64,000 nt of DNA from Sedimentisphaerales bacterium. Lineage in GTDB: Bacteria > Planctomycetota > Phycisphaerae > Sedimentisphaerales > SM23-30. This document shows, piece after piece, positions 10,857-21,852 of the stretch. Below the pieces are notes generated by a model. It saw only the letters and a program-made list of their open reading frames with translations, was not told where the DNA came from and ran no database searches. The position numbers were made by a program, and so were the translations under genes. The number at the start of each line of letters is the position of its first letter. The first letter of the stretch is position 1. The DNA is taken from NCBI GenBank assembly GCA_963663965.2, contig CAXXFK010000033.1:1-64000 (forward strand). Direction: 5' to 3'.

Positions 10857-12959
10857 ATGTTTCAGGAACGACTCAAATTTTTTATCATTATCGTTCTGGC
10901 CGGCATCGGTTTGTTAATCGGTCGTCTGGCCTGGCTGCAACTGGCTACGGGTGATCGCTACGATGCGACCATTGCCGATCTGCTCCAATGCCCGCCGGAA
11001 TGGATCGAAACCGATCGCGGCGCCATTTACGATTGTACGGGACGGGCGCTGGCGCTGGATATCCCCAGTTACCAGATCCAGTTACGGTACGATATTACCC
11101 GTCTTTATGATAAATATTTTCGCCGGTATCAATTCCTGCGCTTTTATCGTCAACAACTGAAAGAAGGTTTGTCCGAAGCCCGGGCCGAAGAAGCCGCGGC
11201 GGCTTTTATCGATAAGAATTTTGGAGAACCCTATCTCAAAGCACAGCAGTGGCTGCAAGAACTGGCTTCGATCTGCGGGGCGCCCATTGACCGGTTGCTG
11301 GATGATATCGCCGCCATCAACCGGAACATCCTGCGGGTCCGGGCTTATCTGGCCCGCAAACGCTGGTACGCCAATCATCCGGAACTGGACTATCAGTCGG
11401 TGACCGGCCTGGAAGGCATACTCGAAGACCTGGCAGCGGTTATCCCGGATGAATATGAGCGGTTGAAGTTGATATTTTATGGCAATGCGATTGAAGAGAT
11501 GACCATTCCACAACCGGTACTGGATCCGCTGGACCGGGAAACCGCCCTGATGGTCGAACAACAGTTTCTGGGATCTTTTTTGCCGGGTTCGGAAAAAAAC
11601 CGGCCGATCTTGATCGGAACGGGCAAGGTGCGGAATTATCCCTTTAACGATCTGGCCGGCCATTTGATTGGCCAGGTCGGGCCGGCCCCGGTCGAAGTGA
11701 CTCATCCGGTTCGGTCCCGCCATCCCTCTCCGGATGAACTGGTGGCGTATTACCTGGGGGACCGGTCCGGAGACTGGGGCGTGGAATATCTGTTTGAACC
11801 CATCCTGCGGGGCAGCCGCGGCTGGATCAAGCGGGATATCGATGGCGAGATTGTCGAACAGATCGAACGGCGGTTTGGCGCGGATGTGAAATTGTCCATT
11901 GATATCGAACTGCACCGGGCCATTCAGAAAATCTTTGCCGGTGAAAACAGCAACCTGCAGGCGTACCAGGGCGGGGCGGTGGTGATCGATGTGCCCACGG
12001 GGCAGGTCCGCGCGTTGGTATCGTATCCCGGCTTCAATCTGAATAGCTATTATCAGGCGGATAATTACGCGTTATTAAATGGAGACGATCCCGAACGACG
12101 CAAATTGAATCGTACTTTATCGGTCAACTGGCAAACAGGTTCAACGATCAAGCCGGCCTTTTTACTCGGAGCGTTGCATTACGGGATCCTTAACGAAAAT
12201 ACCGAACTGGATTGCAATGAATCCAATAAAGACTGGTCCGGGTATCCTTCCGATATCAATAATCATGGTCCGATCGCCGCGCGCGAAGCAGTCATGCGCA
12301 GTTGTAATTATTATTTTATTCGTGTAGCCGAAAAGCTGGGAGCGGACCGATTAACCGACTGGCTGACGCTGATGGGATTTGGCCATCCGATCCTGGCCTG
12401 GCCGGATCCGGTTTATCAGGCGCGGGCGGGGACTGCCTTTCGTGAAACGGCCGGTCATATCGCACCCATTGGAAAACGATTCCCCTCCAAATCGGAATTA
12501 CGGTTTATGGGAATCGGGCGCGGGGCGCTGGACGCATCCGTTCTGCAGATGGCCAATGCCGCCGCGATGATCGCCCGGGACGGTTTGTTTATCGCGCCTC
12601 ATCTGGTGATCGAGCCTGCGACCTACCCCGCAACCCGGCAACTGGCGGAACCGGCCCAGGCCCGGGTGGTGCAGAATGCCATGAAAGCGGTCATCTACGA
12701 TCGTCTGGGAACCGGTTATAAGGCGTTTCATCCGATGCCCTGGTCCAAAGAGACCGTTGAATTGATGGCCAAAACCGGATCGACCGATTTTTCATTATTT
12801 GTCTGTATTGCCAAAGCTGCCGATGGCCGCTGCCTGGCCGTAGCAACCCTGGCCGAATCCGGCTTGCATGGTTCGGAAGTGGCCGCGCCTTTAACCCTCG
12901 ACATCCTCAGGGCCTGCGCCCAGCTCGATTATCTGCCCAGACCGGATCTGGAACCCTGA
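10857..12959 (+). CDS. Class B penicillin-binding protein (PBP2/FtsI-like transpeptidase)
   Basis: N-terminal TM, RGAIYD, RNYP..HLIG; catalytic SxxK (STIK), SxN (SCN) and KTG all intact. Confidence 0.88.
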   Translation: MFQERLKFFIIIVLAGIGLLIGRLAWLQLATGDRYDATIADLLQCPPEWIETDRGAIYDCTGRALALDIPSYQIQLRYDITRLYDKYFRRYQFLRFYRQQLKEGLSEARAEEAAAAFIDKNFGEPYLKAQQWLQELASICGAPIDRLLDDIAAINRNILRVRAYLARKRWYANHPELDYQSVTGLEGILEDLAAVIPDEYERLKLIFYGNAIEEMTIPQPVLDPLDRETALMVEQQFLGSFLPGSEKNRPILIGTGKVRNYPFNDLAGHLIGQVGPAPVEVTHPVRSRHPSPDELVAYYLGDRSGDWGVEYLFEPILRGSRGWIKRDIDGEIVEQIERRFGADVKLSIDIELHRAIQKIFAGENSNLQAYQGGAVVIDVPTGQVRALVSYPGFNLNSYYQADNYALLNGDDPERRKLNRTLSVNWQTGSTIKPAFLLGALHYGILNENTELDCNESNKDWSGYPSDINNHGPIAAREAVMRSCNYYFIRVAEKLGADRLTDWLTLMGFGHPILAWPDPVYQARAGTAFRETAGHIAPIGKRFPSKSELRFMGIGRGALDASVLQMANAAAMIARDGLFIAPHLVIEPATYPATRQLAEPAQARVVQNAMKAVIYDRLGTGYKAFHPMPWSKETVELMAKTGSTDFSLFVCIAKAADGRCLAVATLAESGLHGSEVAAPLTLDILRACAQLDYLPRPDLEP

Positions 12960-12963
12960 CAAA

Positions 12964-13350
12964 TCAACGCCTGGGAATCCGGGTCAAATTCCAGACGAAC
13001 AGCACGGCAAACATTAAATCGATCACCGCGAACGGTTTCCATAAGTTGGGCAATTCAGACGTGGTCCAGTAGTACAGAACGGTACCGGCGTAGGCGAGTT
13101 TTAACATGATTCCATAGAGGATCAGGTTGCGGTTGGTTTGAGGTTTCCTGGCGACCGAAAAGAACAACCAGGCAAAAATCAGCAGAATCAGGGCCGGGAA
13201 CTGCACATAGCCGTAATGGTTGGGCGGTGTGACTTCAAAATACTCAAATAAACGGGGAGCCGCCAGTAAAAAGGCGAGCCCTAAAATGCCGTCGTATAGA
13301 CAGGATGCCCCAAAAACCAGACGGCAAAGCAAGAGATCTTTTTTATCCAT
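12964..13350 (-). CDS. Small hypothetical membrane protein (~4 TM)
   Basis: 128-aa hydrophobic ORF. Confidence 0.7.
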   Translation of the reverse strand: MDKKDLLLCRLVFGASCLYDGILGLAFLLAAPRLFEYFEVTPPNHYGYVQFPALILLIFAWLFFSVARKPQTNRNLILYGIMLKLAYAGTVLYYWTTSELPNLWKPFAVIDLMFAVLFVWNLTRIPRR

Positions 13351-13457
13351 GGATGTATCCAGATAAACGTATTGCTAGAATGATTCATTGAATCATAGGC
13401 GGCCAAAGGCTTAAAAACCATAAAAAACTGTCAGAGACTACCTTAAAACAGGAAATT

Positions 13458-14765
13458 TCAATTCTGATGACGCAGGTTCTTCTTGAACTGGTTGCGGCGC
13501 CACTGGGTAAATTCATCGCTGTAAAGTTTCATGGCCAGTTTCTTGAAACCCTGTGACAGCTCGTCTACGGTCATATCCCTGGGTTGGAAATTGATATCGA
13601 ACAGCGTGCATTTTTGCCATTGATTCGGTTGAAGGATCCGGTCTTCAGCTTTGAATTTCTCATAAAGCGGGGTTCCCGGAAAGGCGGTCAGCAGAGTGAT
13701 CTGAACTTCGTATAATTCGGTTTCCAGTACGAAATCGTAAAGACAGTCGAAAATGTCAGGGGTCTGACCGTCGAGTCCCAGGATAAAGCAGCCATTGACG
13801 GTGATGCCATGCGACTGGATTTCGCGGATGGCGTCTTTATAGTGCGGCCACATCCTCTGTTTCCAGTTGCTGCGTAACTCAACGCCGTCCAGGGCCTGGG
13901 GGCCCGGATTTTCCAGACCGATCAATACCTGGGCGCAGCCGCTGCGCCGCATCAGATGCAATAATTCAGAATCCTGGGCCACGGTCAGGTCGGTTTCGGT
14001 AAACCAGCGCATGTGCCGGTTCTGCAACCGGCCCAGCAGTTCTTTCCAATAGTCTTTATTGACAAACGAATTGTCATCGGCAAATTCAATAAATGGGTGG
14101 GACCACAGTTCAAAGATCCGCTCAATTTCTGTCAGCACTTTATCCACGGGCTTTTGTTTATAGCGGTTCGATAAGACAGTCGAACTGGCGCAAAAACTGC
14201 ACTGATGCGGACACCCACGGCTGGTTTGCACGGTCAGGCGATTATAGTGGTTCATATCGAGTTTGTCGAAGGCCGGAGTGGGGGCATTGTCCAGACGGTA
14301 ATCGCTGTTGCGGCTGCCATAGGTGGATTTAAGACGATGGTTTTCCGCGTCGGTCAGAATCTCCGGCCAGCAGGCTTCGCCTTCGCCAATGGCAACCGCG
14401 TCGCAATGGGCCAGCGCTTCGTCTGGCAGTACTGTCACATGGGGGCCGCCCATGACAACCGGAATCCCGCATTTGCGATACATATCCGCCAGTTGATACG
14501 CCTCGAAAATCTGGGCGCTGTAGGTGGAAATCCCAATCAAGTCATAATCAAGCGGCAGTTCTTCAGCCGGGACTACCTCAGGCATTTCAATATAATCAAC
14601 CTCATGACAGGCCGGTGTCATACCCGCCAGGGTCAGCAGTCCCAGACTGGGCAGCGAAGCGATGGTTTTACTGCGTTCGACAAAGCCCGGCAATGTCAGG
14701 CCCAATTGGAGTAATTCTTCATCACAGGCACGAATGCCACTCATGGCAATTAATCCGATACGCAT
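13458..14765 (-). CDS. B12-binding domain radical SAM protein
   Basis: VVMGGPH..P B12-binding segment; RGCPHQCSFC (CX3CX2C); GCFILGLD. Confidence 0.92.
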   Translation of the reverse strand: MRIGLIAMSGIRACDEELLQLGLTLPGFVERSKTIASLPSLGLLTLAGMTPACHEVDYIEMPEVVPAEELPLDYDLIGISTYSAQIFEAYQLADMYRKCGIPVVMGGPHVTVLPDEALAHCDAVAIGEGEACWPEILTDAENHRLKSTYGSRNSDYRLDNAPTPAFDKLDMNHYNRLTVQTSRGCPHQCSFCASSTVLSNRYKQKPVDKVLTEIERIFELWSHPFIEFADDNSFVNKDYWKELLGRLQNRHMRWFTETDLTVAQDSELLHLMRRSGCAQVLIGLENPGPQALDGVELRSNWKQRMWPHYKDAIREIQSHGITVNGCFILGLDGQTPDIFDCLYDFVLETELYEVQITLLTAFPGTPLYEKFKAEDRILQPNQWQKCTLFDINFQPRDMTVDELSQGFKKLAMKLYSDEFTQWRRNQFKKNLRHQN

Positions 14766-14777
14766 AATAACACCTCC

Positions 14778-15167
14778 TTAAAGAGCAGGTTTATGTTTTA
14801 ACAGTTCGACGACAAATAGTAAAAGAGCAATGATGACGCTCCCGGCCGGGATGAAAAAAGCGTGTCGATAGACCGGTTTGTATGCAGATAAATAACAAAC
14901 CAGCGGCATGGCCACCCCCGCGATGATGAGCAGCCAGGCTGACAATAGGGTATCGAAGGGCAACTCAAGGGATTGAATGGAAAGATAGAAGAGAATATTG
15001 ATCAAGCCAATCCCGAAAAAGGAGATGTGACCCAGCCGAATCATCCGGCGGGGCCAGGATGGATAGCCACCCAGCCAGTCTGGTTTATGAAATAATAACC
15101 CGGAAATGGCCCCGGCAATGCCGCCCAATAGGAAAAGTATCCAGCCTGTATAAAGATTTAAGATCAT
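14778..15167 (-). CDS. Small hypothetical membrane protein
   Basis: 129 aa, ~4 TM, LGGY.SW.RRMIRLGH; 12 bp upstream of the radical SAM gene, with GGAGG RBS between them. Confidence 0.75.
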   Translation of the reverse strand: MILNLYTGWILFLLGGIAGAISGLLFHKPDWLGGYPSWPRRMIRLGHISFFGIGLINILFYLSIQSLELPFDTLLSAWLLIIAGVAMPLVCYLSAYKPVYRHAFFIPAGSVIIALLLFVVELLKHKPAL

Positions 15168-15283
15168 AACTGACTTTCATTCATGTAGTTATGTTATTAA
15201 TGGCCCTTGGTATAGGCCAATATGTTAATATATATACAGTATGACATATTATTGTGTATAGTCAAATTATAATTTCAAAAAAA

Positions 15284-15808
15284 TTATCTGATCAGGTCGT
15301 ACAGGTCATCTCCCGGTTCTTCATCAGTTGGCTCAATACCAAACAGGTCAAGCCAGTTGTTCAGTTCACCATCGGGAACACCCTGGCGTTTTTCTTTGGG
15401 ATCGGGAATCCTTTTTCGCTGGCTTAACAGCCGTTTAAGCATAGTTTCGAGATATTCCAGAGATGTGAGAGCCAGGGCTTTCCGTCGTTTGGCGGCGGTC
15501 CGTATCCGGCGATCGGAGCTGATCACTGTGAGTCGCCTGGGGGCGGTATTATCCCTGATATATTGTTCAATCAGGGTGTCGGCGTCCGTTGCGCCGCCAT
15601 AAATCAAGTCAATAAAACGCCGTTCTTCAATCACCTCAGCGCGACCGGCCGGACTGTACCCATCAAAGATAATTTCCGCGCGATCCTTGATCCGCTTCAT
15701 GTGTTCGTTGATCATCAGGCAGAGCTGCAACACCGTCAGGTCGCGCCAGTCGGCGTGAAATTTTTTAGCGGCATGGTAAAGATTATAGCCGTCTATCAGG
15801 TACGGCAT
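15284..15808 (-). CDS. NYN domain (YacP-like) PIN-fold nuclease
   Basis: YLIDGYN, IIFDG, DADTLIE, VISSDRRI; start moved to ATG 15808, just after the pyrC stop. Confidence 0.85.
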   Translation of the reverse strand: MPYLIDGYNLYHAAKKFHADWRDLTVLQLCLMINEHMKRIKDRAEIIFDGYSPAGRAEVIEERRFIDLIYGGATDADTLIEQYIRDNTAPRRLTVISSDRRIRTAAKRRKALALTSLEYLETMLKRLLSQRKRIPDPKEKRQGVPDGELNNWLDLFGIEPTDEEPGDDLYDLIR

Positions 15809-15812
15809 GGTG

Positions 15813-17096
15813 TCAGGCCTTGTCTGGATAGATGATCCGGCCGCCCACGATGGTATAAACCGCTTTGCCCTGTAAGTCCCAGCCGTGATAGGGACAGTTG
15901 CGGCTTTTGGAGCGAAATTCATCGAGGTTGACGGTCCAGTTCAGCGCCGGATCGATGATGGTAATGTCTGCATCAGCCTGAAGCGACAGGGTGCCTTTAT
16001 TGATACTGAGTACCTGGGCCGGATTGAGGGTCATCATGGCGATTAACTGAGGCCAGTCGATGACTTTAGGCTGGATCAGGGCTTTGATATACAGCGCCAG
16101 GGCGCAATCCAGTGCGATGATGCCAAAGGATGCCTGGGCAAATTCCAGTTCTTTTTCACTGCGTAGATGCGGGGCATGGTCGCTGGCCAGACATTGAATG
16201 GTACCCTCGGCCACTCCCTGGAGCAACGCCTCGATATCGGATTGGCGGCGGAGCGGGGGATTCATTTTATAATTGGTATCATAGTTGCAGCAGCATTCTT
16301 CGGTCAGTAACAGATGATGGGGGGTGACTTCCGCCGATACCCGTACACCCTGGCGATGCGCCTGGCGTAAGAGCTCAACCGAACCGGCAGTCGAGATATG
16401 CTGGGCATGCAGGCGTGATTGGGATTGTTGGGTCAGTTGAATATCGCGATAGAGCATGAGTTCTTCCGCCAGAGGATTCATACCTGGTAGTCCCAGCACC
16501 GTGGCCTGATACCCGGAGTTCATGCAGCCGTTCCCGGCCAGGGCGTTGTCCTGGCAATGCTGCATCAGGACTTTATCGAACATCCTGGCGTATTGCAGCG
16601 CGCGCAGCATAACCGCCGGATTTTGCACGCCGCTGCCATCGTCAGTAAACGCCACCGCGCCGCCCCGAACCATCTGGCCCAGTTCAGCGAGTTCTTCTCC
16701 TTTGCGTCCTTTGGTAATGGCGCCGGTGGCAAACACATTGGCCAGACCCGCGCGAGCCGCCTGACGATAGACATAATCGACCGTCGCTTCGCTGTCAATG
16801 GCCGGATCGGTATTGGGCATACAGACGACTGAAGTAAATCCACCGGCGACTGCCGCCGCGGATCCGCTGGCAATCGTTTCTTCTTCTTCGTCACCCGGTT
16901 CGCGCAGATGAACATGCATATCAATCAAGCCCGGCGCAACCAGCAGTCCTTTGGCGTCAATCGTCTGGTCCACCGGACCATCGATCGACGGGCTGATATC
17001 GGCGATTTTTCCATCTTTGACCAGTAGATCTCCGGTCATATCCCGTTGATTGGCCGGGTCGATAATTCGGCCCTGTTTAATCAATAACGTTGCCAT
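15813..17096 (-). CDS. pyrC: Dihydroorotase
   Basis: PGLIDMHVHLREPG, MPNT, EVTPHHL, KMNPPLR, ASDHAPH. Confidence 0.96.
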   Translation of the reverse strand: MATLLIKQGRIIDPANQRDMTGDLLVKDGKIADISPSIDGPVDQTIDAKGLLVAPGLIDMHVHLREPGDEEEETIASGSAAAVAGGFTSVVCMPNTDPAIDSEATVDYVYRQAARAGLANVFATGAITKGRKGEELAELGQMVRGGAVAFTDDGSGVQNPAVMLRALQYARMFDKVLMQHCQDNALAGNGCMNSGYQATVLGLPGMNPLAEELMLYRDIQLTQQSQSRLHAQHISTAGSVELLRQAHRQGVRVSAEVTPHHLLLTEECCCNYDTNYKMNPPLRRQSDIEALLQGVAEGTIQCLASDHAPHLRSEKELEFAQASFGIIALDCALALYIKALIQPKVIDWPQLIAMMTLNPAQVLSINKGTLSLQADADITIIDPALNWTVNLDEFRSKSRNCPYHGWDLQGKAVYTIVGGRIIYPDKA

Positions 17097-17115
17097 AAAG
17101 CTCCTGTGAATACAA

Positions 17116-18057
17116 TTAATGTGATACGGCCTGATTGACTAAGAATAACACTGCCATACGGATGGCCACACCGTTGGAGACCTGTCTGAGAATCGTGCTG
17201 TTGGGCCCATCAGCCACTTCCCCTTCGATTTCCAGACCGCGGTTAATTGGTCCGGGGTGCATGACAATGACATCTTTTTTCGCTCGTTTCATCCGTTCGC
17301 CGGTCAGGCCGAACATGCGGGAATATTCCAATACTGAAGGAAACACCGAACTGCCAATCCGTTCGAACTGAACGCGCAGCATATTCAGCACATCCATTTC
17401 CGGTAATATCTCGTCAAAATCATGGCAAACCGTAACCGGGAGTTTGTCCACGGCCGAAGGCATCAGTGTGGGCGGACCCACCAGATAGACCTTGGCGCCC
17501 AGTTTATCCAGGCCCCAGATATTGCTGCGCGCCACCCGGGAATGGGCGATATCGCCCACGATGGCGACTTTCAGCCCTTTCAGCGTACCGCGTAATTCAC
17601 GCATTGTGAAAATATCGAGCAGGCCCTGGGTGGGGTGTTCATGGAAGCCGTCACCGGCATTGACGACGCAGGCGTCAATTTTTTCTGACAGCAGGTGGGG
17701 CGCGCCACCGGCGCTGTGCCGGATGACAACGATATCGATCCCCATCGCCTCCAGATTCCGCGCGGTGTCGAGCAGCGTCTCCCCTTTGGAGAGACTGCTG
17801 GCTTTGGCGGTAAAATCGACGACGTCGGCGCTGAGGCGGTTGGCCGCCAGCGCGAAACTGCTGCGGGTACGGGTACTGTCTTCGAAAAAGAGGTTGACCA
17901 CCACACGTCCGCGCAAGGCCGGCGCTTTTTTGATGGACCGCTGGCTGATTTCCTTAAAGCCTTCGGCCGTATCCAGAATAAATTCCAGTTCCTCCCGGCT
18001 TAAATCGCGTAAACCCAGCAGGTGTTTGCGTGTCCAAACGGATTTCGTCTCTGTCAT
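17116..18057 (-). CDS. pyrB: Aspartate carbamoyltransferase catalytic subunit
   Basis: FFEDSTRTRSSF, NAGDG.HEHPTQ, HSRVARSN, MHPGPINRG. Confidence 0.97.
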   Translation of the reverse strand: MTETKSVWTRKHLLGLRDLSREELEFILDTAEGFKEISQRSIKKAPALRGRVVVNLFFEDSTRTRSSFALAANRLSADVVDFTAKASSLSKGETLLDTARNLEAMGIDIVVIRHSAGGAPHLLSEKIDACVVNAGDGFHEHPTQGLLDIFTMRELRGTLKGLKVAIVGDIAHSRVARSNIWGLDKLGAKVYLVGPPTLMPSAVDKLPVTVCHDFDEILPEMDVLNMLRVQFERIGSSVFPSVLEYSRMFGLTGERMKRAKKDVIVMHPGPINRGLEIEGEVADGPNSTILRQVSNGVAIRMAVLFLVNQAVSH

Positions 18058-18107
18058 GTATCTGCCCTTTATTTGCTACAGCTTACGGGTTGTATCGTTG
18101 ATATGTT

Positions 18108-18647
18108 TTATTCCAGGCTGACCTGATCGAATTGATCCATTTCATGAACCTGGACATGAACTTTTTTCTCCGGTGGGATATTCAATTTCATCCCGGTATA
18201 ATCGGCGCAGATCGGCAGTTCACGGTTGCCGCGGTCGATCAGGACAACCAACCGGATCGCTTTTGGACGCCCCAGATCCATCAGGTGGCTTAAGGCGGCG
18301 CGTACAGACCGCCCGGTATTTAAAACATCATCCACCAGAATGACAATCCGGTTATCGATATCGAATGGTATTTCGGTAATCTGGATCATCGGTACGGCGG
18401 CGCCGGCCTTGCTGAGATCGTCTCGATACAGGGTGATATCCATCGCCCCCAGATCATCACAGGTCAGACCTTTCTGGCGTAAGCGGCTTTGAATTCGCTG
18501 TGCCAATACTTCGCCTCGTGAGCGAATGCCGACCATGCAGATCAATTCACCATCGGGAATATCCGAGATGATATCCGTGCTGATCCGATCCAGTAATTGT
18601 TCAATTTGTGTCCCGTCCAGGATTGTTTCCACGATAGACTCCTGCAA
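18108..18647 (-). CDS. pyrR: Pyrimidine operon regulator / uracil phosphoribosyltransferase
   Basis: GIRSRG, DITLYRDD, ILVDDVLNTGRSV, DRGNRELPI; TTG start uncertain. Confidence 0.93.
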   Translation of the reverse strand: MQESIVETILDGTQIEQLLDRISTDIISDIPDGELICMVGIRSRGEVLAQRIQSRLRQKGLTCDDLGAMDITLYRDDLSKAGAAVPMIQITEIPFDIDNRIVILVDDVLNTGRSVRAALSHLMDLGRPKAIRLVVLIDRGNRELPICADYTGMKLNIPPEKKVHVQVHEMDQFDQVSLE

Positions 18648-19002
18648 TCTTTTTATTCTAACCTGTTATCGTCATTCTTGCTCTCTGATCATTTGTTGGC
18701 ACTAGTCTAGCATGGAAAACGGTTTTATTCAATACCACATTATCGCAAGGTTGAAAAACTTAATTTCAGGATTTCTATTTATTCAATGTTTTGTCTGAAG
18801 AAAAAATGGGCTGCCCTTTAGATCCATCATCGGATATCGCTTATCAAACGGGTCGATTTAAGAAATTGCGTTCCTATCCACTTAATATTAAGACAGTTAA
18901 CTATTATTAGGTGGAAGATTCTTTGTAATCATCCTCAACGTATTCGGGAAAGGGAGAGAATATATTTCAGCGTTAAAACCCGTTTGCCCGATATGTCATG
19001 TT

Positions 19003-19959
19003 ATGGAAAATAGATGGCAACTGATCCAGATCGTTCTGTTGGCCGTTTTAGTGAACGGTTGCGGTAGAAGTGTTCATTATACCTCCGAACAGGAAGCAAA
19101 GGTAATCAAACCCAAGGTGGCGGTAATGCCGCTGGAAAACCGCTGCCGGGTCCCGGTCAGTTGGCAGATTGGCGATGGTCTGGCCGAAGAGCTGGTTGAA
19201 CGGATGCGGGTAACCCGCCGCTTCAATATTGTCAATCGCAGCAATTTTATTGCCAATACACCCTCCCGTTCTTATTTCACCCGACCAGCCAGTTCCACTC
19301 AGCCTGCCTTCAGTATGGACCCGGATTATGTCATTACCGGACGGGTTACCGACTTTGGTATTTCCAATGCCCCGCAAGGTTGGTTTGGTAAAATTGATGA
19401 ATCCCTGTTTGGTAAAGATACCGACCATGTGGTATCGGTGCATTTTCAAATTACCGATAAAGCTCAGGACCGCATCATTGCGAGTTTTACCTCCTATGGC
19501 AAAGTCACCACCTCACCAAAAAAAGCGAATGTACCCTATGAGACCATGGCTTTTGGAGGTTTCAACTTTTATGAAACACCGATGGGACAGGCCACCGACA
19601 AGATGCTCGAAGAGGCATTGCGGCAGATAACCGAGGCGATTCAGGAAAAACCATTCCGCATTACCGTGGCTTCCGTAATCAATAAACAGGTGGTCCTCAA
19701 CGCCGGAAAAGACCGGTTGATCAGAATCGGGGAAGAGTTTATCATCCGGCCCGAACCAAAGGCAATTACCGATCCCGATAGCGGGGCGGTGATTGGCCGG
19801 TATAGCGGTGAACCGGTGGGTCGGATCCGGATTGTCCAGGTCACCCAGAAGTACGCGATTGGCGATATCATCCAGTTCGGCGAATTCAAAGCCGGACAAC
19901 TGGCTGAGAAAATCGCGCCCAATATGCCCACGCCCAAAGATACTGCCTTTACCGAATAA
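19003..19959 (+). CDS. CsgG/HfaB-like lipoprotein
   Basis: Lipobox-like LVNGC; KPKVAV, RFNIVNR, DYVITGRVTDFG; C-terminal beta domain (DPDSGAVIG). Confidence 0.7.
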   Translation: MENRWQLIQIVLLAVLVNGCGRSVHYTSEQEAKVIKPKVAVMPLENRCRVPVSWQIGDGLAEELVERMRVTRRFNIVNRSNFIANTPSRSYFTRPASSTQPAFSMDPDYVITGRVTDFGISNAPQGWFGKIDESLFGKDTDHVVSVHFQITDKAQDRIIASFTSYGKVTTSPKKANVPYETMAFGGFNFYETPMGQATDKMLEEALRQITEAIQEKPFRITVASVINKQVVLNAGKDRLIRIGEEFIIRPEPKAITDPDSGAVIGRYSGEPVGRIRIVQVTQKYAIGDIIQFGEFKAGQLAEKIAPNMPTPKDTAFTE

Positions 19960-20098
19960 GAGCGGTTAATGGAAACAGGAGAAAATCATATTGATAATGA
20001 CCAGACCGGATTCTGCGAATACCCATTTGTTCGGCATACCAAGCTGACAGACAATCGGATATTTCCGACTGGAGGGGTGTGAAACTCATTCAAAACAG

Positions 20099-20132
20099 AA
20101 AACCGGGCAATGTATCTGACACTGCCCGGTTT
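20099..20132. terminator. Hairpin terminator between convergent genes
   Basis: AAACCGGGCA...TGCCCGGTTT inverted repeat downstream of catalase. Confidence 0.7.
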
Positions 20133-20170
20133 ATAGATAAATTCAAAGGTTTTAACTGCTGCTCGGGCCG

Positions 20171-21613
20171 TTAGAGTCCCAGTCCTTTGGCTATCCCGCC
20201 GCCATATGCCGGGTCAGCCCGGTTGAAATGGTCGACCATTTTGATTTGGATTTCTTTAGGCGCCATTTTTAAGCTGCCGACAATCGCGTCGATCAGGCCT
20301 TGCTGCTGCTGTGGGCTCATCAACCGGAACAGATTCCCCGGCTGGATATAATCGTCATCGACTGCGCGTTTCTGTTCGTAGCGGGCAGCATCGCCCGATA
20401 TCTTCAGCGGCGGTTCATCATAAGCGTGATCTTCCACTGGACCGCCAAAACTGTTGGGCTCATAAGTCGGACTGTCGCCGCCATTGTCATCGAACCGCAT
20501 CTTGCCGTCGCGTTGATAATTATTCGCTTTCGTGGCATGCGGACAATTGATCGGTAACCGTTCGAAATTAGCGCCCAGGCGATAGCGATGGGCGTCGGCA
20601 TACGCAAAGATGCGCGCCTGTAACATTTTACATGGCGAAAAAGAAATGCCCGGCACAACATTGGCCGGCGAAAAAGCGGCCTGCTCCACCTCAGCATAAT
20701 AATTCTTGGGATTGCCATTCAGTTCCATCTCACCGACATCGATCAACGGATAATCGGCATGCGGCCAGACCTTGGTCAGGTCGAACGGATTCCAGCGGTA
20801 GTTTTCCGCCTCTTTTTCCGGCATGACCTGTACTTTCAAAGTCCATTTGGGATACTGGCCGCTCTTGATCATATCGAACAGTTGTCGCGTATGGTAATCC
20901 GGATCGGTGCCAGCCAGTTGGGCCGCTTCTTTTGGGTCCATGCACTGAATGCCCTGTTGGGTTTTGAAGTGGAATTTCACCCAGAAACGTTGATTTTTGG
21001 CATTGATAAAACTATAGGTATGGCTGCCGTAACCGTTCATGAATGGTATCCCTTTGGGAATGCCCCGATCAGAAAACAGGATCGTTATCTGGTGCAGCGC
21101 TTCAGGAACCTGAGACCAGAAATCCCATTGCATGATATCACAATGGCAGTTGGTGGCCGGACTGCGTTTCTGAGTATGGATAAAATCGGGAAATTTAATG
21201 GCATCCCGGATGAAAAAGGTCGGGGTATTATTCCCCACCATATCCCAGTTGCCCTCTTCGGTATAAAACTTCAATGCGAATCCCCGGACATCGCGAACTG
21301 TATCGGCAGATCCTTTTTCACCCGCAACCGTCGAAAACCGGCCAAACATCTCCGTTTTTTTGCCGATTTCGCTGAAAATCTTCGCTTTGGTGTACCGGGT
21401 AATGTCATGCGTAACCGTAAATGTGCCATGCGCTCCAGCCGCTTTGGCATGTACAACCCGCTCGGGGATGCGTTCCCGATTAAAATGGGCCAGTTTTTCC
21501 AGCAGGTAATGATCTTGCATTAAGGTCGGCCCACGTTCGCCGGCCGTTAACGAGGTCTGATTGTCTGGAACGGGTATCCCAGCCGCAGTTGTCAGTTTTT
21601 GGGAAGGTGCCAT
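20171..21613 (-). CDS. katA: Monofunctional heme catalase (small subunit)
   Basis: [40 protein letters not shown]. Confidence 0.97.
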   Translation of the reverse strand: MAPSQKLTTAAGIPVPDNQTSLTAGERGPTLMQDHYLLEKLAHFNRERIPERVVHAKAAGAHGTFTVTHDITRYTKAKIFSEIGKKTEMFGRFSTVAGEKGSADTVRDVRGFALKFYTEEGNWDMVGNNTPTFFIRDAIKFPDFIHTQKRSPATNCHCDIMQWDFWSQVPEALHQITILFSDRGIPKGIPFMNGYGSHTYSFINAKNQRFWVKFHFKTQQGIQCMDPKEAAQLAGTDPDYHTRQLFDMIKSGQYPKWTLKVQVMPEKEAENYRWNPFDLTKVWPHADYPLIDVGEMELNGNPKNYYAEVEQAAFSPANVVPGISFSPCKMLQARIFAYADAHRYRLGANFERLPINCPHATKANNYQRDGKMRFDDNGGDSPTYEPNSFGGPVEDHAYDEPPLKISGDAARYEQKRAVDDDYIQPGNLFRLMSPQQQQGLIDAIVGSLKMAPKEIQIKMVDHFNRADPAYGGGIAKGLGL

Positions 21614-21852
21614 AGAATCTCCTTTTCTATAATAAATTTTAAATAGTATATTTAATTATATAGTAATGTTTCTTATTAAAATCAACAAAAAAAACTTCCC
21701 TCCAGATATTTGTTAATGCGACCCTTTTTATAGATTTCATTTGATTCCGTTCTGGGTTCCATTTAGCAGATTATTGTATTTGAATAAGGCCAAGTCAAAA
21801 TTTTCTACTACAGTTTTGTCGTATTTCTCAAAATCTTTGGTTCAAACCAGAC

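Noticed and set aside
18648..18800. PyrR-binding attenuator upstream of pyrR
   Set aside because: No recognisable PyrR binding loop or terminator/antiterminator pair.
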